Below, piece by piece: positions 1 to 10,430 of a stretch of DNA of 64,000 nt (the stretch's first letter is position 1; each line of letters begins with the position of its first letter). Origin of the DNA: Camelus dromedarius (lineage: Eukaryota); assembly GCF_036321535.1 (NCBI RefSeq), contig NC_087449.1, positions 70,122,001 through 70,186,000 of the forward strand. The letters run 5' to 3'. A model generated the notes under the pieces. It ran no database searches. It was not told where the DNA came from and saw only the letters and a program-made list of their open reading frames with translations. Made by a program: the position numbers and the translations under genes.

Positions 1-2310
1 GACCAGAGCGGGGCAGTCCTACTGTCCAAGATCAGCAGCACAGCTGCGTCAGCGAGCAGAGCAGAGGAGGGCACCCAGCCCTCGCCGCCTGTCAGCCTCT
101 CACCCCAGTGCCCGGCCTCGCCGCAGCGCCAGAGGAGCGTTCCAACAAAACAGAGCGGCTGGAGCCTCAGAGCCGCCCCTGGAGAGCATCTCAAGGACCT
201 GCTCACCTGCAGGACGGAGCCACATTCCCCACATTCCCCCACAGTGACGCGGCCTTCATCTGCATGTCACCCCACGTCCACCTCACCCCGAGCCCTCGGA
301 CACCGTGACCCCCATGATCCCACACCAGCACTGCAGCAGCCGAGCCAACCCGATCACCAACCCCCACACAAGGTGGAGGGGAGAGCGAGCCCAGGGCAGA
401 GCGGCGTCCACACGGGGATACACCAAGGAGGGCAGGGAGGCACAAGGAGGGCAGGGAGGTCGTGGCAGAAAGGGCAGACCCAGGACTCTCGGGCCAGCTC
501 TGCCAGGGCCCCGGGCTCAGCTGACGGCCAGCTCCAGCTTCTGGGACACCGGACGGATGGGAGGCTGAGACGCAGAAATGCCTGGGTGTCCCCAGCGCCA
601 CGGGCAGCGTGGGCTGTTGGTAACATCTCTGGGCAGGTAAGCACAAGTCTGTCACCATGGTTCAAAGCCATCTGGGTCACAAATAAATCCAGCTGGGGGG
701 CCTCTCCCACAGAGCACAGTTGAGGGGACCCCCACCTTTCCAGCAGGAACGTCTATTTTATTTTATTATTTGTGTGTCCAAAAAGACATATAAACTGTCA
801 AAAGTGTAACTTTGCTCCTTTAGGGTGCTCGTCCCTCTCCATGAGATGTGGGCACCCAGAGGGAGGGATGGGGGCAGCCTCGTGGGGGTGGAGGACCCCG
901 AAATCCACCTGGCTCCGAGCCCCCCACCAACGGGCTCCTCTCCGGCCGCCTGGGCTCCTGCCAGCCAGCTTTGCCATGAAGTCCACTCCCGGCTGGCCCA
1001 CCTGCCTCCCAGCACCATTGCAAGTCCTACCCACTAAATGTTCTCCCGGACCGACACCACTCACGGCAGAACCACAGGTGCACACCAGTACCTGCCATCC
1101 GGGACCAGGCGGCCTGGTGTCTTCCACCCAGGCTGGACTAGCTGCTGAGCGGTGCTTACCCATGGAACTGGCTCCCCACCCTGCTTCTCAGCGTGGCTTC
1201 CAGGCCTCAGAATCTCAAGGTCCCCGTTCCACCTCTTTATTACCACTGTCTGACACTGGCCCGTCATCTGCCTCCCAGACAGGACGCACTGGGGCTCCTC
1301 CACCCACCCGCCCTCCCCGAGAGGCCCCTCACGTCCACCACCATGTCCACCTGCCATGGCAGCACCTCCACCACCCCCTGGGCGGTTCTGGCCTCTTTAG
1401 ACCCCCGTGCCAGGATGCCACGGTCAGACATCTCCACGGCCTAGCTGGCGCCCCTCCAGGGCCCCCCGTTCTCCTTGGGGGACCCCAGAGCCCGGTCCTG
1501 ATCACTGGCTGCTCCCTCCAACAACCTCTGCAGAGCCAAGGGCCCCACACCCACCTCGAGCCCCACCTCCTCCCCGAGATCCAAGACTCACACGCTCACT
1601 GCCCACTGAACACGTTCACTGGGTCCGATGGACAACACAAGCTCGGCCCACCTCTGCTTGAATCTGCTCCTCCCCACACAGGGCGCTGTTCCACCCAGGA
1701 CCTGAACCGGAGCCCACCCTGTGACGACGCCCTGCTGGGAAGGGGGCTGAGCCCAGTCCTGCGAACGAACTCAACACGCACCCACTGTGGCCCAGGCCCC
1801 CCCCCACCCCAGGCCAGAGGCCGAGCAGGGTCTGCGTGGCTGGTGTGAAGTTTCTCTACGCCCCAGCCAGGGGTGCCCTGCCCCAAGGGACGGGTTGGGG
1901 CGGACTACTCGGGGGCCAGTATGGACTTGGAGGGGCCGATCACCAGGTTTGGGGTGGTCGTCGCTGGAGCAGGGGCACGGGGCCAGCGTCCAGCTGTCAC
2001 AGCCAGGGCCCTTCCCACCAGGGGGAGATCAGGCCATGTTCTGGACTTTCCCTTGTGCCACCAACAGACCAAGCCAGTGCCCTCTCTGATGGCAGGCTTG
2101 TTGGCCAGAACACACACTCAGCCAAGTGCAGAGAGGCACCAGTGAAAACCCCACATGCGGTCACATCAGCTGCCCACTCTGCCTTTAGATGCCCCACGAG
2201 GGGCACTGGAGCCGCGGGCCACCCATCACCCACCCTCCCCCTCCCGGCACACCGCACCAACACCTCCACTGTGGCCACGACCCGCGCCGTGGGAGAGAGG
2301 TGGTACTCAC

Positions 2311-2361
2311 TGTCTTCTCCCGGACAGGGCATGCCTGGCTCCTCGGGGATGCTGGGGAAAA
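2311..2361 (-). CDS. PRKCZ: PRKCZ exon 4 (VFPSIPEEPGMPCPGED); the gene continues beyond the left edge
   Basis: AG acceptor at 2363-2362, GTGAGT donor at 2310, 51 nt. Seen in ORF 1997..2740. No downstream pseudosubstrate/C1 exon is recognisable in 1-2310. Confidence 0.96.
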
Positions 2362-3723
2362 CTGCACAGGGAGAGAGAGACAGTGCGTCAGTGCCACTGC
2401 GGCCTCGCGAGAAGCCCTGCTCTGGGGCAGGCTGACCGGACGCACCTGCCCACAAAGCCCACTCGTGGTGAGAGCCCACTCTCGGGAGATGCTCGTTAAT
2501 GAGCCTTGGAACCCAGTACATCGACAGGTAACAAGGTGCCAAGTGCCCTCTGATAAGACTTGGAGATGCCCTGAAAAATCCAGGGGAAAAAGCAGTCAGA
2601 GACCCGGCTGACAGCCGTCGGAGGAGAACTGGTCTGTATTGATAAATCAGCATGGAGATGGGCAAGAACTGACGCTCCTCTGAACACTGACTTTTGAAAG
2701 CACACTCATCCCACTGCTTCTCACTCAAGAAGGAGCTCAAAACTCAGCATGTTAAATACACCTGGAGCCTCCACGATGAGCCACTAAACAGAAGCTCGCG
2801 CGATACATCTTAGCTGAATGCCTTTCTCCTAACTAAAAGGTAAAGGGAACTTTAAAAGCACCAAACTTTGTAATGCTGAGAACCAACGCACAGATGTCAC
2901 CACCCCAAAAACGAGGCCTGCGGTAGGCTTCACATTTAGCCACAGGCACAGAAAGGGCTACAAAAGCTGCGTATTCTAACCACCCGCCCGCCCGGTTTTG
3001 CGCTCCAGCCCCCGCTCTTGGGCTCAGCTGCCGGCGCCCCGCGCACGAGGACGAGCTGCACCAGGGCGGCCACGCTGCCGGAGCCAAGTGGGCAGTCCCG
3101 CAGACACCGGGGGCGCGGTCTGAAGCCCTCAGTGCAACGGCTACCCTGAATCGAGAACAGTGCCCAGTGCTGAGGTTCACCGGCTGAGGGAGGCTGTGAG
3201 CCTAGGGGAAGCCAGAGGGAGGGCCTTGTCCAGCCCGGAGCAGGGCTGCAGCCCTGTCCCCTGCTCTGCCTGCAGGCACGTGGGTCCCAGACCCTCGGAG
3301 CTCCGGGAAGGGTGAGGGCAGATGAACGAGCCCAGGCTACTGACACCCCCGACAATACCGGCCCCCAGGAAACAAGGGTGGTGAGAGCCGACAGCCGGAG
3401 CCCAGCTTCTGCAGCCACGATCTGACAGAAGAGGCGCAGCAGAGTCCCCGTCTTGCCCCCGGCACCCAGGCTAAGGCCAGGCGCACTCGCCCGGAGAAGA
3501 GGGTTTCTGCCTTTTTGCCGGGAAGAGCAGTTGTATCTGGAGTGATAAAACGTGACAGAGAAAAAAGCAAAGCCAAACTGCACCCTATTCCACATCCGCA
3601 CGTTCTCTGGCACGCTAAGATCTCAAACTGTGACCTTCCGTGTGGCGTCCGGCCCGACAAAGACGCCCATGGCCAAGGAGGTGCCCCCCCGCTCCCCAGA
3701 CCGCCCCGCCGGCCAGCACTGAC

Positions 3724-3813
3724 CGTGAATGATGAGACCTTCGTCCCTGTGCTGACAGGACAAGCGGAAGGCCTCCTCCAGCTCCATCTGGGAGGACACA
3801 GTGCAGGGGTCAC
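3724..3813 (-). CDS. PRKCZ: PRKCZ exon 3 (OPCA motif, [29 protein letters not shown])
   Basis: AG acceptor at 3815-3814, GTCAGT donor at 3723, 90 nt. Seen in ORF 3623..3844. Confidence 0.97.
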
Positions 3814-4716
3814 CTGGGCGGGCAGGAGACATTGCTGAGGCCACCGCAGGCCCAAGCCAAGGGGCTCAGGATGGCGGGCATCAGGCCCCAGTTCGGGAAG
3901 GCAAAGTCCTGCTGCTGGTGACTGGTGGCCCAGAGCAGAGCGGGCGGGTCCCAGAGCAGCCAGACTAGCAAGTCATCTGTCCAAGCCCCGCCTCAGAGTC
4001 CCCCAACCCCCAGGGAAGCGAGTCCACGCAGAGCTAAGAAAGCCACTCGGAGCGAAGCTGGGCTAGCTTCCCGGCTTGGGTGAGTGAGAACACTCTTCTA
4101 GGCAGCCCCAGACTGGACGGAAGGGCTCCCTGCCCTGTGCTGCAGGACAGGAGCAGAGAGACGCAGACAGCCAGCGCCCACGTGCCGGGCCCTGACGGAA
4201 GGGGCGCAGCTAGAGTGTCTGCCCTGTCCCCCGCGGCCAGGCTGACAGTGCCAGGCACAGTCATCCAGAGGAGGGGGTCTCTCCTGGACCGTCCCCCAAA
4301 CCCAAACCCTTTGCTTTCTCACAAGCATGCCTGACTGTGAGAGAGGAGGAACGGAGCGGGACCAGGCGACACTAGGGCCACCAGAAAAGCCGAGGACACG
4401 AGAAAGGAAGGTTACATAAGGAGGATAAGGGCCTGCCCATGGCGGGTAGGGGGCCCGCAGCCTCTCCCTGGGGCCCAAGACCAGGGCAGGCCTTGCAGGG
4501 GGACACTCACCTCCCACCCCTAAACCCAGGCCCTCCACGCGCCTGCTGCCAACCTCTTCCCAGGAAGCAGTTTCCAACGTCCCCTCTGGGGAAGCTGGCT
4601 AGTTAAACTTGACCAGTTCAGTCCCAGGGTTTTCACCTCCCCCTACCCCCGAGGGGCCGCACCCACTCCCCTCCCCAGACTGAGGTTTACAGTCCGATGG
4701 ACACATGCCAACCTAC

Positions 4717-4838
4717 CTTCACTGTCCACCCACTTGAGGGTGAGCGGGTGGCCCTGGTGCAGACGGCACATCTCCCTCACCTCCTCACAGAGCTCGTCGA
4801 AGGTGGTGGCCGAGTCCAGGCTGGTGATCAGGATGTCC
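4717..4838 (-). CDS. PRKCZ: PRKCZ exon 2 (PB1 domain, DILITSLDSATTFDELCEEVREMCRLHQGHPLTLKWVDSEG)
   Basis: AG acceptor at 4840-4839, GTAGGT donor at 4716, 122 nt, phase compatible with exons 1 and 3. Seen in ORF 4643..4870. Confidence 0.97.
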
Positions 4839-7639
4839 CTGGGGCAAAGAGGACGGACAGGTCTCACCACCGGGTGTGCTTAAATCACGGCCCCCTGCTG
4901 CCCACCCCTTCCTGCTGGAACTGGCCATATCTGCTCAAAGACCCTCAGCACGTGCTCCTCGGGGACCAGCACAGCCCACCTGCACCACAGCCTGTAGCAT
5001 CCTGGCAGATGGGGAAACTGAGACACAGAGGGCTCACCCAGTCCATCAGTGGGGGCTCCAGAAACCAAGCCCCCACTCCCACCCACCCCAACACCCTGGG
5101 TCACCCACACCGGTACCAGGCACACTCGCCCCTGACCCAGCATCCACCGGTCCACCTGCGACAGGAGCCCTGGAAGTCTGTCTGCCATCCCTTCACCTTT
5201 TACCTCTCCCTGTGCCACGAACCCCTCCACCCCGCAGTTCCGCCCCTAAGTGGAAGCTAGCCTCCCCCCGGCCAGTGCTTCAGGGCCTAGAGGCCAGGCA
5301 GTGGCCCCTAGCAGTCTGGAAGCCCTGACACGAGGCTGGGCCCCTGGACACCAGGCCTATCACCAGCCACAGCAATTCAGCTCTTCCCCACCCAGGGCAG
5401 GACTTCAGCATGCACGGGGAGGGGCCGTCCCACCCCCACGCCCAATGTCCTCCCGAACCTGAGTCAGGCAGCCCCTCTGAGCAAACAGGGCCCCCTGAGG
5501 CTGCCAGCTCAGGACGGTCAGGCAACCGCCTGAAGGACTGTCGTTCCCTGGGTGCCTGGGAGGGGACCAGGCCCCAGCATCCAGCCCTGGGCCATGCACA
5601 GAGCAGGCCCTTGATAAGGATCTGGACAAGCTGGAGCTGGAGAGACTGCGGCGCTGCCTAGCTGTGTCTGTGATTTTTTTTTCTCTCTCTTTTTTTAATG
5701 GAAGTATAGCTCGTTTACAGTGTTGTGTCAAAAGTTTCTGCGATCTCACAAAAGCGGTCTTCTGAGACTCAGCCTGGCAGAACAGGGTCTCCACACCCAA
5801 CCGAGGGACCCCCTGAAGACACAGGAGCTGCTGGACCCCACTTCAGACTCCGGTGACTACACGCCCTGCAAAGGCCCAGCTGGTGGAGGGGGAGGCCCTG
5901 ATCTCCAGCTTTTGGAGGGACTGTGGCGGAGGTGGGGGGACGGGAAAGGACAACCAGGAGAAGCCATCGCCAGTGGGAGCCGCTGAAGCCCCCCCCCTTT
6001 AAGAACAGTGTCTTCAACACATCTCAGCTCCTGACCCTGCTGCTTAAAAATAACCTCCCTCCCGGAGGCAGCAGCAGAGAATTCCACTTGGACCTGCGGG
6101 GTTTGGATCAGTGAGCACGGTTCTTGGTGGGTGCTCTCCAGTGCCAGCGTCAGTGCTGGGCTCTGAGGACTAAGTCTGCCAACTCAGACAGTCCCGGGGG
6201 AGAGGCACCAGCACGGAGCACTTTGGGAAGAGCACGGGGAGGAGTGAGCGAGCGCAAGCTGGACTGGGAAGGAATGGTGGAGCCTGGGGCAGAAGTGGGG
6301 GGGGTGTGACAGGGAGGAGGGAAAGAGGAGCGGGAGGGGAGGAGAGAGGAAGGAGCAGAGGTTGGGAATGGAAGGAAGAGGAAAAGTGTAGGGTGTGGCC
6401 CCATCAGCCTGGGGAAACCGGACTCAACAGGTCACATATCCCTCGGTAACCAAAGCACTCTCCAGGGGCCCTAGCCAGGGAGGGGAGGGAGGGGCGAGGG
6501 ACAGGACCAGCAGCCGCCCAGCCAGAACTCCCAGGGGCTCCGGGGAACTCTGCCCAAGACTCCAGCCTCACCCACCTCCATCCCGGGCTCAGTGCTGGAG
6601 GGGCCTGGGGGAAGGCAGGGGGTCCGGTTCCCACCCACCCCCTGGCCTCTCCGGGCGTGGACTTCCTTTCATTAGGAATCAACTCTGATTTTTCCAAAAG
6701 CCGCTTGCTGCTCAATCCCATGGCTCCAGACAGGGAGGACGACCATGTCTGATACTGAGACCCCCGTTCCTTGCAGTGGGCAAGCAGGAAGGACCAGTAT
6801 GAGGACCAGGACCTAGCTGGCATCTCGCCAGTTCAGCCCATCCTTCCAGGAGAGAAGACAAGATTCCCCAACCTCCTGAGGTGCGCTGGCCCAGCGTCCC
6901 TCAGAAATCCTTCGGTGGGGCTCTGCCACCAATTCTGCCCCCCCGCCGCCCCCCCCCCCCCCCCGCTCCCAAGTGATCAGGCTGAGGACAGCAGAGGGCA
7001 GGAGGAGAGGCTTGACAGACACCCAGACAAGGTGTGGTCACCCGGTCAAGAGCCTGAAGCCCCACCTCGGGTGCACCACAGTGGGGACCACCAAGTTCAA
7101 CTGCGGGCCAGTGTTCGGCTCCCTTCCCCTTCCCCCAGCAGAGGCGACCCTGGGAGCAGCCCGTCTGATCTCGGGCGTCTGGAGTCCAAGACAGGTGGGA
7201 AGCAGCGGCAAAGGCGCCTAGCTCTCCGATGAGCGCCGTCTGCACTGCGCTAGAAGGGGCAGAGGGGTTCTGGTCTCCGGTGGCCAAGAACCCAGCGCTT
7301 CCTGGGCCAGGCCAGGCGCTCTGGTCACTGACCCCCGTGAGGCCCCCTCGCCCCACTTCACAACGAGGCAGGTCGAATCCAGGGCGCAGTGCGCGGACGC
7401 AGGGCCCGGAGGCTGTCCCAAAGGTCCAGTCACCAAAGGAACCGCGCCCCAGCCCTTCCAGGCGCCCTCCATTCGTCCAACCGCCGGGGACTCACCGCAC
7501 CTGGCCTTCTCCGGTCAATAAACTTTTGTTAAACGGAGACCTCTGACTCGGTAAATTGGGAAAAGTTCAGGAAAACCTCGATTTTTAAAACTGTTAGTTT
7601 TCACAGTTTGAGAGAAACTTTCGTCCTTACGGGTCTGTG

Positions 7640-9130
7640 GCTTAATGTTCTGACGAACTTTCCAGGGAGACACTCAACACAGTGGTGCCCGGGGCTGTGG
7701 ACCGTGCCCGACGCCCGCCTCCGGCGCCACAGGGTCCTTCGGGCAAGTCCGGGCCCAGGAAAATCTCCTCCAGGCAGGGAGAGACCCTTGCGGCCGCCGC
7801 GCTCCGAGCCGGGCCCGGCGACCCCGCCCTGCCCGCGAGTTCTCCCGCCGGTGACGTCCAAGCGAGCCCGCTGGAGCGCCCACCTCGCCCGGCGCCGCCG
7901 CTAGGCGCTGGCGCGTCAGGACCTCCCGGGACGCCCCTCCGCCCAGAGTGGCCTCGCGGTCCCACCCCTCCTGCGCCACGGCCGGCTGCCCACAGCCCTC
8001 GGCCTCCCGAAGTAGCGGCGACACGGTCCCCGACGGCCGGCGCGATCGGGGGCCGCTCCCGGCGCCGGCTCGGCCCTCCGTCCCGCGGGCCTCGACGCAC
8101 ACGCCCCCGGCCCGGGCAGGGCTCCGCCGTCCGACGCTCGCGCTCACCCGTTGTAGTGCGCCTTCAGGCGGACGCGGCCGCCGCTCCCGTCCATCTTGGG
8201 GCCCGTCCTGCTGGGCATGGCGCGCTCCGCCGGCCGCCGTCAGCGCCGCGCCCCGGACGCTCGGGCCATGGCGCGGAGCCCCAGCGGCCGGGCCGCGGCG
8301 CAGGTGGGACCGACGGTGGAACGCGGAAGGGAGCGCGCGGCGCAGGGTCCGAGGGACGCGAGTCCCGCCAACTCCGCGGAACTTGGCGGCGGGCGGGGCA
8401 GGGCGGGGGCGCGGCCGACGGGCGCGCGCAGGGGGTTCGGGGGACGCGCACGGAGTCCGGCGTCAGGGCTCGCCGGCGGCGGGGGGGTCCGAACATGGCT
8501 GACCCGAGACCCAGCCGGCGGCCAATCGGCGGGGCGGGCGGACCCGGGGCGGGGGCGGTGGCACCTGCGGCCAATGAGGGCGAGGCGGGGCCGCCACCTG
8601 GGCCAATCCCCGGGGGACCCTGCGGCTTCGGCCCAATAGCGCGGCGCTGGGCGGACTACCTGTCGGGCGGGGCGCGGCCCCACCTGCGGCCAATGGGAGC
8701 GCGTGCGGCCCCGCTCTGCCCGGCAACGCGCGCCCCACGCCCGCCCCGCGCGCTGGCCCCTCGGTGAAGTGGGCTCTCGGGGCCGCGGTTCCCAGGTGGG
8801 GCCCCTGGGCTGCGCGCCCTGGGAACTTATTGGAAATACGGGCCCTCGGCCCAACCCAGACTGGTTGAGTCGAAACTCCAGCAGTCTTTGCTAACAAGCC
8901 CGGGGAATTCGGGGCGAGCGCTAGTCTGAGAGCCGCTGAGCTAGGGGACAGCGGGGAGGGGTCTCCCTAGAGGAGTGCGGCAGCCGCTCAGACCTTTGAC
9001 TCCGAACGGCGCTCAGACTGCGGTGACCCGCGTCCGGCCAGCTTACAGACGCGGAGACTGCGAGGAGCAGAGAACCCGGCGAAGGTCACCGCAGGCAGGT
9101 GCGGGTTCAGCTGGTTCTCCCGGCCCCAGC
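7640..9130. promoter_or_regulatory. PRKCZ: PRKCZ CpG-island promoter with GC boxes and five CCAAT boxes
   Basis: Dense CpG around exon 1, GGGGCGGGG boxes, and CCAAT at 8522, 8571, 8603, 8633 and 8690. Confidence 0.85.
8148..8218 (-). CDS. PRKCZ: Protein kinase C zeta, coding exon 1 (MPSRTGPKMDGSGGRVRLKAHYNG)
   Basis: ATG at 8218-8216 in GCC-ATG context, 71 nt to a GTGAG donor at 8147. The peptide matches the PKC-zeta N-terminus, including the PB1 lysine in RLKAHY. Confidence 0.97.
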
Positions 9131-9629
9131 CGCCCTCCTCCCGCTGCGGAAGGTTTGTCTACACTCGCTAGCCTTCCCCCTCTGCTCCAGTCCACTCCTC
9201 GGTCCAGGACAAGGAAACCGCGTTTGTGCAGGTCGCTCTTGACCTTCACTTCTGAATCCACAGCTTCTTTGGGTCTTACTAACACCGTGCATTTGTTCTG
9301 GACCGTCGCCTCGAACTCTACCCACACCCCCGCCCCCCAGGTGCCTGCATTCCCCTTAAACGCGGGATCCGGTTTTCCCTGAGGAACCCATCCCTTGCTG
9401 GTTGCATCCCAGGGAGCCCAAACCTGCAGTTTGCGGGGCCCAGGTGGGCACTCCAGACTCAAGAGGTCTGCGGCTGCCTCATCCCTGCCGCCCCTGCAGA
9501 ACCCGTTGCCTCCCTCCCCTTCCCTACCCCACCCTGTTGGCAACCTCTGACCCTGGACTCCGGCCCTAGGTAAGCCACTCCTCACCTGGACAATTGTAAG
9601 AATTCCCATTCACACACTTTCATTCCAGA

Positions 9630-10430
9630 GATGCTTCCTAGCGCCTCCTGGTACCAGGTGCTGGGGTGTCCCTGGAGAACCAAGTAGACACAGGTCACAG
9701 AACCCATGCTCTCCTCAGAGATGGCCGCCGAGACACCTGTTGACAGCCCACTGCTCACTAATTAAGCTGCTGTGAACGTTCCCGTCTTTGAAAACAAACA
9801 AACAAACAAACAAACAAAAAAAGTCTGCACCCCACACCCGTCCACCCATCGGTCCATTTCTCAGTTCTTCACAACAAAACTCCTGCCTGGAGCTGTCTGC
9901 AGCCCTTGTCTCCACTTTATCTCTCCTGCACTTTCTCTGAGCCCCTCCCTTCCCCCCACCATCACCACCAACTCCTGTGTTTGAAATACAATGGCCGATT
10001 CTCAGATTGTTTCTTAGTTGGCCCTTCACAGTGTGCTCACCCTAGGATTCTGCTCCCTCCCTCCTCTCCTCATCTCCCCCACTGCTGCTTCCTGCCACCC
10101 CACCCCACCCCTACCAACCCCACCTCTTCTTTGGTCCTCTGAGACCCTTGAGCGGCTCAAGCCCACCTCCAAGCACCACCCCAGGCTCAGATTCCCCCAC
10201 CTCACCCCTCCCGTGCTTCCAAACCTCCCTCAGACATGCCCTTTTTCCATTCTCAGCTCAGAGCTACCTTTGCCTCCTCACACCCCCATCCCCCAGATTC
10301 CAGCCTCGTCTGGCCACTTCCGTTGCTACCACCTGGTCTGAGCCGCGCCCTCCATGCTGGGATTCTTGCAGCAGCCTCCAATTTCCGTAAAACATAAGTC
10401 AGCCCATGTCCGTCTGTCGGGCATTCAAAA
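9630..10430. mobile_element. L2 relics with an (AAAC)n microsatellite at about 9795-9818
   Basis: gcctcctggtaccaggtgctgggg... resembles an L2 3' end; the pyrimidine-rich stretch resembles the L2 body. Confidence 0.45.

Noticed and set aside
772-1848. 358-aa plus-strand ORF with a His-rich patch
   Set aside because: It is antisense within PRKCZ intron 4, has the Pro/Ser/Gly-rich composition typical of chance ORFs in GC-rich DNA, and shows no recognisable domain.
1-2310. PKM-zeta alternative first exon or PRKCZ exon 5
   Set aside because: No recognisable sequence; both are expected far further into or beyond this long intron.
7682-8854. Several long overlapping ORFs (up to 361 aa) across the PRKCZ CpG island
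   Set aside because: Stop-codon depletion in very GC-rich sequence. Only the 71-nt exon is supported by homology and splice sites.
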